Assembly (NCBI RefSeq): GCF_006345805.1
Contig: NC_043026.1
Location: 620,001-684,000, forward strand
Direction of reading: 5' to 3'
DNA from: Octopus sinensis
Taxonomy: Eukaryota
DNA: 64,000 nucleotides
Part shown: positions 34,946 through 48,329 of the stretch, in pieces
Layout of the letters: every line of letters begins with the position of its first letter
How positions within the stretch are numbered: the first letter of the stretch is position 1
The notes under the pieces: model-generated
What the model saw: only the letters and a program-made list of their open reading frames with translations
The model's database searches: none
What the model was told of the DNA's origin: nothing
Translations under genes and position numbers: made by a program

Positions 34946-37900
34946 TTTATGATACTCCTGCTTATGTGTGTGTCTATATATTCATATATTCTTTAACTCT
35001 CTCTTTACACAATTTATTTTACTTTATTAATCAATTATTTATTGAACTGCTCAACAGGCAAAGACATTTGAAAACAATATTCATAATCCACGTAACTATG
35101 TAAGTTTTTTTTAAATTTCTTCTAGAACAATCCGTTGATAATGAAATTCATCATTTCAGTCGGTCTGTATATAAATGTAAACACCTCACCCACCCACGCA
35201 ATTTGGAACCAGTTTGGTAAGTTTGATAAGTGTCAATGCACGAAACACTGAGTCACGTTGTAACTTTTGGCGATTAAATAAAAAAATAAATATTTATATA
35301 CACACTTGTTTTCAGTTCAATTTTCTTGTTCATGCGTGGATGAAGGATGAGTGACCGGAGAGGAGACGGAGTGACGTCACGAAGGGACCGAAAGGAGGGG
35401 AAAAGAACGTTAGAAGCAGCCGGTTTTAAAAGGGCCGCTTTCTTACGGTATCGACGGCGAAGTCAAGTGATGTGCTGGGAGCGGTCGCAGAATAGTTGAA
35501 CTCCATTGACGAGTGGTGTTGAAAGGTTTGTTAGCAGGTCGTATAGACAAGCAGGGAAAGAAAGTGAAAAATAGGTAAGCTTCTGACATTGCGGAAGTTT
35601 TACAAAAACTTTTATCTTTCCGACACAAAGTGCATCGTCAGAAGGAAACAGAAATGTCCAGTTACACACCCTACTCAAACTGTGAGGATGAGACTTTGCG
35701 CATGAAATAGAGGTTTTTGTAAAACTTGCCGCATTGTTAGAAGCTGTCCTATTTTACCCCCCCCCCCGCCTTTATTGGTTCTACAATGCTTCAAGCGAAA
35801 TACAAAACACCTATGGCTGTGTTCCTCATTGTGTGCCTTTTCATAGTGTACCTTGTATACGCATATAACATGTTATCCCTAAACAGTTCTTTGCAACTAC
35901 GAAGACAGAGTGTTCACGGGAGGTGGGATGAGAATATGATGGTTGATTATTGTTGCTGTACAAAAAGGGATTCCCAATGCTAAAACATCGAAGGACGTTA
36001 GTGAAACAAAGATTGCTTCTTTCAAAATGACGTGAGACGTTTTTTTTAAGGATATCATGTTATATGCATATAATTTGCAATATTTTGTTGTGTTACAAAT
36101 TCTGTATCAATAGAAGCGGATGAACCTGAGCCTCCATTTATATACTCTCTATCGTATGCAAAAATTATTCCTTTCTCTGGTCGAAATCCTACTACGATGA
36201 AACAAATTGAGCTATATTCATAATTTTACTATATTTAGCCAAGGGAAAGATAATAATGAAATATTTCTTACACTTTGGCCTTCTGCTCCAAGAACAAGGA
36301 CATAAAATGAAGAAAAACTACATTTTTGTGAGAATGTATATCAAAGTGAAAACGAATCGCATATCTGGTCTCAGTTGGAGGAAGGGCTTCAGAAACCATT
36401 GTCTATTAAGAGGAAAAACATTTAAGTCTCTTAATTCTGTAGACCTATCAAATTAGATGTTTACAAATTGTATCGTATTGTGACTTTGTTTTTCCTCCAG
36501 TATTTCCATGACCATCGCTCTGATGACATTTTCTGTCTTGTAAGTTGTGTCATAACCTTCAAACATGTCGCCCGCTTCTCTTTCTAGACACATCGTTTCC
36601 CTGTTAATCTTTCTGTCAGTCATAAGTCCTTTTATTCTCCAACTGCTACTCTTTCGAACTCACTGCAATCGTCTTCTTTTCCTTTGGTCAATGATATTCA
36701 GTTCTTTCAGTTTTCTGTCAATCAATATGTTTTGAATATATGGGCCCCTTCCTTCTCTGCAGTCCCTTGTACTACACTGACCCCGACCCTTGTTTGCGAC
36801 AAAATTAAAAAAATTATCCTGTAGTCCGTGTCTTATACGTTGATGCATTTAAAGAAACAAGTTGGATTCGAACTTGAAACTTTTACTTACACATATATAC
36901 TTAATGCTACATATTCAATAAATGTAACCATGTATTGAATTTATGACAGCATCGATCCTCCTGTTTGTTGAGATTTTATCGAATCTTATCGATTAAACAC
37001 TGAAACATATTCTGCGCCCAAACATGAATTTCTGAATCCAAAAGCCAGACCTGTTGACAATAATCAATGTAAGAATTAATTCAAACTAACAACCTCATGT
37101 GATGACTGTCACTCGATATAGGCAGGAAATTCTTAGCTGTAATATTGTAAGCTTGAACTAAATTAATAAACTGAACTGAATATTCACTCTAACATTTTCA
37201 ATTCTCTATATTGCCTTCATAGATCTTTCGCGTGCCAACATACTATTACATACAGTGCAGTATTACAAATCGTTCAGCAGAGATACTAGCTTTTAAACGT
37301 CGATAAAAACCATAATCTTGGCTTTTTAATGTTGTCGTTTTCATTACACGCAAGGTTTGTGTGTCCGTGTGCAGCGAAAAGTAACCAGCTTCAGTATAGA
37401 AATAAATCTATATCATATACATATTTCATTTTAATATTTCTATTATATGTAATTTTCTAGATGGTGTAATTTAATTGTTCATTTTGAATTGATAAAAGGT
37501 GGTTTTTTTCTAATATAATATAATATATTATATTGTGTGAAATTTGATTTGGTATTTCTAAATTGATTTTTTTTCCTTGTAAGTTTGGATTTTATTCCCT
37601 CAAATAATAATTATCATATACATATATACATACGTAGACACCATAGGCGTGCGGCCCATGGAAGCAAAGGAAGCAATGCTTCCCTTAAAGATCATAGAAC
37701 AAAAATTGAAACTCTATTACTTATTTTTCATTAGATAGTTCTTATGTTCTGTAAAATTAATATAAACTTCATGAAATCATAGGCTTCAGAGTCTTATTGT
37801 CGGAATTAGCATGAGACGACAAGCAGTGGCAGAACGAGACAAAAAAAGCTGTGCAAGGGAAGCAACACGAGCAACACGACCCCTGTTGTACTCTTTGGCT

Positions 37901-38290
37901 CCAACTTTCTCTCACTCTTCCTTCCTGCTTCTTGTCCCTGACTTCCTACGCAACCGCTGAGCCTGGATGCGCATTCATCCATCCGTCGATGCTCTCGGTG
38001 TCGGGGGTTGACCTGCTTTCTCTTCTACGGACCAGGTTTTGGACTTCTCCCATCTTGCGAGCTCTGGGACGAAGACCGTTCGCTCAACAGCAACAGCAAC
38101 AACAACAACAATTATGATATCAACAACAACAACGACAATAATATTGATTTCAAATTTTGGCACGAGTCAAAGTTCACGAGGAGTGGAAAAGTCGATTACA
38201 CCGACCTAGAGTGTTCAACTAATTGTTTGATCCTACTGAAGAAAATAAAACCAAAATCTTCAACAGTAATAATAAAGAAGCTTCACTTAC

Positions 38291-38618
38291 TTTTAATGAA
38301 GGAAATCTCGTTGTTGTCATTCGTGCTGACGACTGTCATAAAATTATTCGGTGCATAATTCTTACAAACACGGCTGACTTTGTTGTAAGTGAAAAATTGC
38401 GATTGGCTCCTCTGAGCGAGCGCGGTACAGTCGAATAGGTTTCGTGTAGAGAAGAATTCTTGTGCTGGAGATGCCCGAAGGTAAGCATAGGTATAACCAT
38501 GGCCCAAAGATTTGTAGTAGCCATGAAGTTCCTGATCTGCGTTAACAACCAGAATTGTTGTAAGGGTTAGCAGCAACACTGCCATTGCAGCTGGACAATT
38601 TGAAAGAAACTGGGACAT
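38291..38618 (-). CDS. Copy C exon 1: signal peptide + PAN/apple-like domain
   Basis: ATG 38618, open frame, ~57% aa identity to A exon 1 (hand count), donor A|gtaagt at 38290 (phase 1); 5' UTR homologous to A. Confidence 0.8.
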
Positions 38619-38669
38619 TCTGGTCTCTAAGATTAAGAGAGGGAGACAGAGGGTGGAAAGGAATGGGAT

Positions 38670-38701
<32 letters not shown>

Positions 38702-38971
38702 CAGGCAGGCAGACAGACTGAGAAGGGCAGATAGGCAGACAGAGAGAGATTCAAAGGGTTTCAGCTAAAGCAAAAAGCGATCAGATAAAATTTAATATTT
38801 AAAGGGAGAAAAAAAAAAGGGATGGTGGAAAAGTGTAAGAGAGTAACAAAAAGAAACCGTGAAAGTGGGGAAAAGAGGTTTTATGTAAGATGAAGATCTG
38901 AAAAAGAACGCGAAAAAAGAAATTAATTACGATGTAAAATTAAAATTTTAAAATAAATTAGTGTTATTAAT

Positions 38972-39428
38972 CCATCACCATCATCATCATCATCACCAAC
39001 ATCATCAACATCATCATCATCATCAACATCATCATCATCATCATCATCATCAACATCATCAACATCATCAACAACATCATCATCATCATCATCATCAACA
39101 TCATCAACAACATCATCATCATCATCATCAACATCATCATCATCAACATCATCATCATCATCATCATCATCAACATCATCATCATCATCATCATCATCAA
39201 CATCATCAACATCATCAACAACATCATCATCATCATCATCATCATCATCATTATCATCATCATCATCATCATCATCAACATCATCAACAACATCATCATC
39301 ATCATCATCATCATCAACATCATCATCATCATCATCATCATCAACATCATCAACATCATCAACAACATCATCATCATCATCATCATCATCAACATCATCA
39401 ACAACATCATCATCATCATCATCAACAA

Positions 39429-39487
<59 letters not shown>

Positions 39488-39575
39488 ACATCATCAACAA
39501 CATCATCATCATCATCATCATCATCAACATCATCATCATCATCATCATCATCAACATCATCAACATCATCAACAA

Positions 39576-39610
<35 letters not shown>

Positions 39611-39813
39611 ACATCATCAAACATCATCAACATCATCAACAACAACATCATCATCATCATCAACATCATCATCATCATCATCATCAACATCATCATTATC
39701 ATCATCATCATCAACATCATCAACAACATCATCATCATCATCATCATCATCAACATCATCATCATCATCATCATCAACATCATCAACAACATCATCATCA
39801 TCATCATCAACAA

Positions 39814-39872
<59 letters not shown>

Positions 39873-39960
39873 ACATCATCAACAACATCATCATCATCAT
39901 CATCATCATCAACATCATCATCATCATCATCATCATCAACATCATCAACATCATCAACAA

Positions 39961-39995
<35 letters not shown>

Positions 39996-40048
39996 ACATC
40001 ATCAAACATCATCAACATCATCAACAACAACATCATCATCATCATCAA

Positions 40049-40098
<50 letters not shown>

Positions 40099-40518
40099 AC
40101 ATCATCAACAACATCATCATCATCATCATCATCATCAACATCATCATCATCATCATCATCATCAACATCATCAACATCATCAACAACATCATCATCATCA
40201 TCATCATCATCAACATCATCAACAACAACATCATCATCATCATCAACATCATCATCATCATCATCATCAACATCATCATCATCATCATCATCATCAACAT
40301 CATCAACATCATCAACAACATCATCATCATCATCATCATCATCAACATCAACAACATCATCATCATCATCATCATCAACATCATCATCATCAACATCATC
40401 AACAACATCATCATCATCATCATCATCATCATCAACATCATCAAACATCATCAACATCATCAACAACATCATCATCATCATCATCAACATCATCATCATC
40501 ATCATTATCATCATCAAC

Positions 40519-40550
<32 letters not shown>

Positions 40551-40798
40551 CACCATTATCATCATCATCATCATCAACGTCATCATCATCATCAGCATCA
40601 TGATCATCATCATCATCATCGTCATCATCATCATCAGCATCATCATCAACATCATCACGAACATCATCAACATCATCATCAACATCATCAACATCATCAT
40701 CATCATCAACATCATCATCATCATCATCATGATCATGATCATCATCATCATCATTATCATCATCATCATCATCATCAACATCATCATCATTATCACCA
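38972..40798. repeat. 1.8-kb (CAT)n/(CAA) microsatellite
   Basis: Direct reading. Confidence 0.97.
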
Positions 40799-40964
40799 TA
40801 TTTTAAAGAGGTCTCGCCCAGCAGTGCTTTGAGACAGAAGATACGCCGTAAGGCTAAACTCCTTATTAGCGAGAAACCCAGGGTAAGCCGATAAACCGGC
40901 CTACCCCACTATATGTATATATATATGTTTATATATGTATATATATGTATATATATGTATATGT

Positions 40965-41017
<53 letters not shown>

Positions 41018-41078
41018 TATACATACATATATATACGTATATATATATATATATATATATATACATACATATATATAC

Positions 41079-41149
<71 letters not shown>

Positions 41150-41151
<2 letters not shown>

Positions 41152-43305
41152 TTAGATATGTTTCGACCAGAGATTGTTCCAGGCCATGTCTAACTTAATA
41201 GCACCACCTGATAGGATTATTCGAATCCTGTTTAAGTCAAGTTTTGTTCAAGTAGTGAGTTCTTGTTGGGTGAGTTGTATCCAGTTTTGTTCAAGTAGTG
41301 AGTTCTTGTTGGGTGAGTTGTATCCAATTATGGGTGGCTTATCTGGTATTCTTTGAAGGAATCTATCCAGACTATGTTTGAAGTTGATGGGATCCTTTTC
41401 CTCTTTGATCTCCCTTGGGACAATGTTAAACAGGGCAGGGCCTGTTGAGGAAAAGAAATTATGTTGCAGTGTACATGTATGTTGTGATCTTGAATTTGGC
41501 AGGGGACGTATAGCCCGTGGTCCAAGTCTCGGATGAACCTTGAAGCTAATGTTTAGGTCGTTTGGGCAAAGTTGGCGGTATATTTTCCACATCGTACAAA
41601 TGATGTACCGCTCACCGCGACGCTGGAGGGAGTAAAGTTTCAAGGCTTTAAGGCGATCCCAATAATCGAGAGCAGCCATGCCTTCAATTCGTTTAGTGAG
41701 AGCCCTCTGGGGTGACTCAATTCTGGAGATGTTTTGTCTTGTGTGAGGAGACCACAGTGGGCAGCAGTATTCAAGGTGTGGCCGTACAAAGGATGAAAAA
41801 AGTGGTATGATGACACCTTGTTCTCTGGACCGGAAAGTTCTTAAGATCCAGGAACTCATCCTACGAGCTGTATCGACCTTCTTGTTGATGTGTGCACTCC
41901 AACTGAGATCGTCATCAACAATTACACCCAGGTCTCTGATATTGTTAGAGGCTGTGAGCGGTTCCCCTGAAGGAAGAGAGTATGGTTGTTTTAGTGAGGA
42001 ATTTCTTCCAAAATGCATCAGCTCAAATTTTCCCTCATTCAGTTGCATTTTGTTTCTGTCTGCCCATTGACTCACAGCATATAGATCAGACTGGAGTTGA
42101 GTTCGGCCTGCTTCTTCATTGACGATTTGCTGGAGCTTAGTGTCATCAGCGAATATTTTCACTTTGCAGTGATGTACGACACTGGAAAGGTCGTTTACAT
42201 AAATTATGAAGAGTAGCGGACTTAAGACAGTCCCCTGGGGAACACCGCTGGTGACTTTTGCTGGGCTTGAGTGGACTCCATCAACTACAACATGTTGTGT
42301 TCTATTCGCTAGGAAATACTGAATCCAGTGTAGAACTTTTCCACGGATTCCAAAATTTGCCAATTTTGAGAGTAGGATGTTATGGTCTACCCTGTCGAAC
42401 GCTTTACTGAAGTCAAGGTATATGACGTCAGAGTTCGAACCTGTTCCCAAGGCTTTGAGTACATCTTCAATGTGGTGTAAGAGCTGTGTTAGACAGTCCC
42501 TGCCACAGCGAAAGCCATGCTGATTTGAATTTAGGAGTTTGTGGGTCTCCAGGAAGTCAGCTATCCTTGATCTTACCACTCTTTCAAACACTTTAATGAT
42601 GTGGGAGGTGAGTGAGATTGGGCGATAGTTGACTGCGAGGGATCTGTTTCCCTGTTTGAAAACCGGGATGACCGACTGGGATAGAAACTTTTTCGGTATA
42701 TAACCTGCGTCTAACGAGTTTCTCCAGAGGTTGGTCAGAGGGACTGCAAGTTGATATCTACATTCCTTCAGGAGACTGGCGGGAAATCTATCAGGGCCTA
42801 CAGCAGAGTAATGTTTGACCTCATTTATTGCTGCTACGATGTCGGTGGCAGTGAAGGTTATGTCTGAGATTTTGTGTTGGGAATCAGCTTCGTTCGTTTC
42901 CCTCACATCAATATCAGTGGGAACACTGAAGACAGAGCAGTATTGTTTCTGCAGTATTTCTGCCATTTCTTTAGCATCGTGTTGGGGAATGCCGTTTTCG
43001 TCAATCAATGGCCCAATAGGTGAGACAGTGGTTCTATGCTTATTTGCATAAGAATAGAGCACTTTTGGGTTCTGTTTGATGTTTTTGATTACCCATTGTT
43101 CCTCCACAGCTCTTTGATTTTCAATGGAGGTTTTCATGTTAGTCTGCAGATGAAGTTTTTCCAGCTCTAGTCTTTTCATTGTTGTTGAATGTGGATGTTG
43201 CGTGTGGGAATATTTTAATTGGTTGATTTTTTTGTTGAGTCTTTTGATGCGCCTGATGAGTGTTTTTTTCTTTTTAGGGAGCCAGTTTCTGTTTAGGGAG
43301 CCGGT
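41150..43305 (-). mobile_element. 5'-truncated CR1-type LINE
   Basis: Open RT frame (track ORF 41248-43404, whose N-terminus is microsatellite): VGPD, YRPISLTS, QHGF, LDFSKAFDRV, GVPQGTVL, FADD, RPHLEYC; ~43-bp tandem duplication at the ORF end. Confidence 0.9.
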
Positions 43306-43365
43306 TTCTATATATATATATATATATAGATATATATATATATAGATATATATATATGTGTTATA

Positions 43366-44213
43366 TAAATTAGAGACAAAACCACTATTATGCAAATCAA
43401 ACATATTGTTGTTTATCTAATGATCTATTTATCGTAATTTTCTATGTTATTAGATATTAAATAATTTAGATAATCTTTGATAAAATTAGATATGTTTCGA
43501 CTAAAGATGGTCTAGGCCATGTCTTATTTAATAGCATAATTTATATTAGATAATAATTCCCATTCATAATTATGTTTATAGTACTTATAGTATTTATTTA
43601 ATACTATATTACTAAGAATTGAATATTTCTATAAGTATTTTACATAAGATTTCGAAAGTCAGTTTAATTTAGTTTATTTGTATTTTGAAATTAGCTATTT
43701 CATCTTTAAATATGAAAAATTAAATTTATTAGGTTTTCATTATATACAATTGTTTATAGAGATTATTTTAGATCTTGATTATAATATTTATATATATTTT
43801 CATTGATAATTTATATATATTATTCATTTTAAATATTTATGTAATTAGATATAGACTAATATTGATATTAGAATATGGGTTTTCTACCTTATAAATTAAA
43901 GTTAATGTTTAACTTTATAGTCGATTTCGATATAATCATATTTAATAATAGAGTTTATTATAAATAAATTATTACTTTAGATTATATATATTATTTATAT
44001 CTTAAAAATATTGCTTATATTTTAGATTTTGAAACCACTTGATGAATGACTGCGACTCAAAAATTTAAAGACAGCAGGCAGGAAACGATCGTAGTGGATA
44101 TTAATTATATTTTTTAATAATTGTTACATATTTAATAATATAAATTAATCATATGTATTGGCTTAAGTCTTTCATTGTTTGATTTGCCTAATAGTGGTTT
44201 TGTCTCTAATTTA
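43366..44213 (+). mobile_element. Penelope-like terminal (pLTR) fragment with inverted 37-bp ends
   Basis: Colinear with 55262-55495 and ~56230-56755; 43366-43402 is the reverse complement of 44177-44213. Confidence 0.75.
44035..44097 (+). ncRNA. Minimal hammerhead ribozyme, mutated core
   Basis: CCAC-TTGATGA-stem II-GAAA-CGATCG-TA-GTGG; C3 is replaced by U. Confidence 0.55.
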
Positions 44214-44283
44214 ATATAATATATATATAAATATATATATAGCTAGTTAGCTAGCTGTGAGAGAGAAGAAGGGGAGGGAAACA

Positions 44284-44318
<35 letters not shown>

Positions 44319-44485
44319 CGTTTACTCGTTATAAGAATTGAAAGAGCGCAAGATTGGCGTTTGCACGCAGAATCACCCTTATTTCAACTGTTGTCACACA
44401 CACATTCTATTCTTAACTGCAACATATCCTAGCCATAACACGTACCCGAACACACAAAATGCAATGTGATAGAAAACACACTTAC

Positions 44486-45089
44486 TTTCAGTGAGGTAAG
44501 GCGGAGAGCGTATACTTCAGGCGGTTCTGTAACGACTTCTTGTAAAGATGGTTCGTGAATGTCACAACTTTTTCCCTGCTCCCCTTACTGTCTTCTACCG
44601 TCAATATTACCCTCTATTACCCACAGTTGTGTCTTCAGATGTCTGAACACTTCGTAACTGTCAGTACTGGCCACTGATTTCTCTCCTAATTTCTCTTTTC
44701 AGTATTACTTACAGACTTAGACCTGTCCATAAATAATCAAACCGTATAGACTGTCCATAAATGAGCAAAACACAGAACCATCAACTCAGTTCAAGACTGT
44801 TTACTAATATGACTGTTTCTCCACAGAAGTGAAAATAAACCAGATTTTCCAATATGTCTCCTTTGATTGCTATGAAGAATAAAAGGGCCTTCAATAGAGA
44901 CATGCGTTTCACTAAGCTCGCAGAAAATACCGCTGTGTGGTTACTGACGTCGTTCCGATGTTAGCAGTAAGGCTGTTGCGGTGTTTGTGATAGTGACGTT
45001 GTAGTTTTAATACCTGGTGATAGCGTGATGTGATGTTGGTGTTTCTGTGAGTGGAGATATAAAAGCAGAACAATTGGGGTCGCTATACC
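44486..45089 (-). promoter_or_regulatory. Conserved upstream block / putative non-coding first exon of copy C
   Basis: Homologous to 23548-24138 and 58879-59432; ends CTGAAA|GTAAGT at 44485. Confidence 0.55.
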
Positions 45090-45344
45090 GAAGACTTTCA
45101 TTATAGGAAATCATTGAAATCAATCACCGTGGATGGTGGAACAAGAACCTTGTCCTGACCTGTGTACACTCTTAATTTCAACCATTGATAGTTGATGCGT
45201 TAATAGATAATTTTCTTCATTTCATGAATAATAAACACGCAAACAGTTACAGACATCGAAGCATAACACGAACAGTTCTCACCAGTTTCACTCTGCATGT
45301 TTTTACATGTATCTTAGGAATTAACGGTGCTTTATTGTAAGGTA

Positions 45345-45433
<89 letters not shown>

Positions 45434-45499
45434 CTATCTATGTCTGGGTGGCTGAATATGGGCGTGCATTGTCTTACAATAATAGACATCGGCGTTTGT

Positions 45500-46350
45500 T
45501 ACGAATTGCTGGTTTCCCTTTGTTAACCAACATTTCACTGTAGACCCCTTTTAAGGGACAATGTTGCAATATAGAACCTTTTGCATCCCCCAAAACGCTT
45601 AGCATCACATTTTTCTGCCGAAGGTTGAATCTTGAATTTCTTTTCCACTGGTGATTCGTGTCGTTTCCGCTTCATACTAAACCTTTTGGATTCTGGCTCA
45701 AAGTAATGGGCCCCGATTTCATCAATCGTGTCTACTCTCCCTCAAAACAACTTTAGCTTCATCGCTGAAGCGTTCGAGTTAGAATTGACAAAAATCCACA
45801 CGGTTGCGCTTATTCACATCGAAAAGCTCTCTTGGCGCCCTTCTCGTACTAACTCCGCAGAACCGAAGCTTGTCGGGGATGCAGAACCATAATAATTTGC
45901 AGAGAATAAGCCATCTCATCAATGGGCAATCGTTGGTTCGCCAGAAGCATTTCTGTAAATTGTTGAATCTCCATGTCACCGGTGACGGTTAATGGGTGTC
46001 CTGATCACTCCTCGTATTTCACGCTTGTCCGGCCATTTAAAACTTCTCGCTCTTCTCGTAAATACTTCTACGCAGTAGAGCCATGTTCCTTAATTGTATT
46101 GAAAGCCTGCGAAGAATTGCAGCCCCTGACACATATTCAGATTAGAGAAGCAGTTTCACTGATCCATATTTTCCCTTGGTGCACACTTCCAGTAGAGCTG
46201 CCACGTTTGTTCTGTAACACAAGAATGGAAACTGGAGAGAGATCAAAGTGAAACGTCGGTCACGAAATCAGAAGCGTACCACCCTTTAACACGCCACTGA
46301 TGAAACTAGAGCGACCAACCGAAAGACTGTTTCGGCGAAACGCCGGATAT
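45500..46350 (-). pseudogene. Mariner transposase fossil
   Basis: IDEIGAHYFEPESKRFSM..ESPVEKKFKIQPSA resembles the mariner TGDE.W...E.KRQS..W...SP..KK.K..PSA region; many stops. Confidence 0.7.
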
Positions 46351-46426
46351 TGTTTCACATTACTTTGTATAATTAGTATCAAAGTTCTGATCTATTTGAT
46401 TTGCTGAAAGCTTTCCCCCACATCCT

Positions 46427-46649
46427 CTTTCTTTACTACCCACAAGGGATTAAACACAGAAGGGACAAACAAGGACAGACAAACGGATTAAGTCGATTAT
46501 ATCGACCCCAGTGCGTTACTGGTACTTATTTAATCGACCCCGAACGGATGAAAGGTAAAGTCGACCTCGGCGGAATTTGAACTCAGAACGTAGCGGCAGA
46601 CGAAATACTGCTAAGCATTTCGCCCGGCGTGCTAAAGTTTCTGCCAGCT
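46427..46649 (-). mobile_element. tRNA-derived SINE (family 1)
   Basis: Matches 61-289. Confidence 0.85.
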
Positions 46650-47456
46650 TTCCCCAACATCACAGAGACAAACCCGCAGATATCTACACACACGCACAAC
46701 GCACGCACGTACGCATGTGCGCGCATGCACGTGTATACGCGCACGCTCGCACACACACACATACACACACATCTCTTTTACATATAGTCTGGACAGTCTT
46801 GAACTGGAACAACAACAACAGCTCTTAGAAAGAGAGAAAGAGAATCACAACTCAAAAGACCGATATTGGATACAATATTTAGATGGATTCTTTATTAACA
46901 GGTAAAAGGTGACTTGTGTGGATCACCAGGAGAAAAAGAAAAAAAAAACTTGTTTGGGTTTCAGAATGTGAAAATCTAAACATGTATTAAATAGACTAGT
47001 ATGTCCGCTATACGCAATTGAATTAGTCAGTGTTTAATTAAAAAGGGCCACCTGTGTACCATACTAAATGTGTATACACACAAAGATGTGGGTTTAAACA
47101 CTCACACACATAAAAACACACATATGCACTGAAACACGCACACACACACGTACGCACACACATACACACACACACACATACACACACACACACACACATG
47201 CTCACACAAACACGCAGAAATGCGAAAATGTCAATACACCAACAAAGGCGAAATTACAGACGAGGCAAACACTTTGGTACAAAAATAAATAAATCCACAA
47301 ACGGCCACAAATATACGAGCGATAACATTTTCCCGTATTAAACATCTTATCAAAGCGCTAAATAAATATAAAATGAATTCTAGTCAAAAGAAATTATATA
47401 ACGGAACATAAAAATATCTAAACCCAACACTTACAAGTAAATATAATTATGGTAAA

Positions 47457-47685
47457 GTGGCTGTGTGGTAAGTAGCTTGCTTACCAACAACATCCTTCCG
47501 GGTTCAGTCCTACTGCGTAGCACCTTGGGCAAGTGTCTTCTACTGTAGCCTCGGGCCGACCAAAGCCTTGTGAGTGGATTTGGTAGAGGGAAACTGAAAG
47601 AAGCCCGTCGTATATATGTATATATATATATATATGTGTGTGTGCGTGTGTGTATGTATGTGTGTGTATGAGTATGTTTGTGCGT

Positions 47686-47746
<61 letters not shown>

Positions 47747-47905
47747 GCACCAACATCACTTGACAACCGTAACTTAGCGGTTCGGCAAAAGAGACCGATC
47801 GAATAAGTACTAGGCTTACAATAAATAAGTCCTGGGTTCGATTTGCTCGACTAAAAGCAGTGCTCCAGCAGGGCCACAGTCAAATGACTGAAACAAGTAA
47901 AAGAG
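47457..47905 (+). mobile_element. SINE with internal microsatellite (family 3)
   Basis: GTGGCTGTGTGGTAAG..GGGTTCAGTCC head, (TG)n spacer, CTTAGCGGTTCGGCAAAAGAG..AAATGACTGAAACAAG tail. Confidence 0.85.
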
Positions 47906-48329
47906 CACATTAAGGTGGAAATATATTTTTGTTTTTCCCACTTTGAAACATGCTTCTTGATGTGAAATCCAGGAAACTGAGCTGTTTGTCACGGGAAAAC
48001 ATTTAATATAAAAGTGTGTTGTTAAAAATACGGAAATATATTAGCAATAGAGAAATAACCTTTTTCAGCGGCGGTGGAATTGCTAGGAGGAATTACAACC
48101 GTGTTTCGTGGTCTGATACCACAACACCTCCTATGTAGGATCCATTAGCTCAAGACATCATCAGGAGGAACCACGTCCGGTTTCGGCCCCTACTCCGCTA
48201 CCGCTTTGACGTGGCGGAATGCCCCCGCCCTCTCGGGGATGTCTTCAGCTCTGGTGTTGGGTGCATGTCTTCTTTCTTCTGTTCCCTGGCCTCTTCGATG
48301 TTTCGTCAGCGAGTTTCAGCCGGTGACTG

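Noticed and set aside
38923-40832. Long poly-M/H/D/S ORFs
   Set aside because: They are translations of the (CAT)n tract; the same applies to poly-I/Y/L/N and IYLS ORFs over the TAA, TA and GATA tracts.
48130-48262. Hammerhead in the LTR-like host repeat (CTGAAGA...GAAA...CTGATGA on minus)
   Set aside because: Stems I and II cannot be paired properly next to the core.
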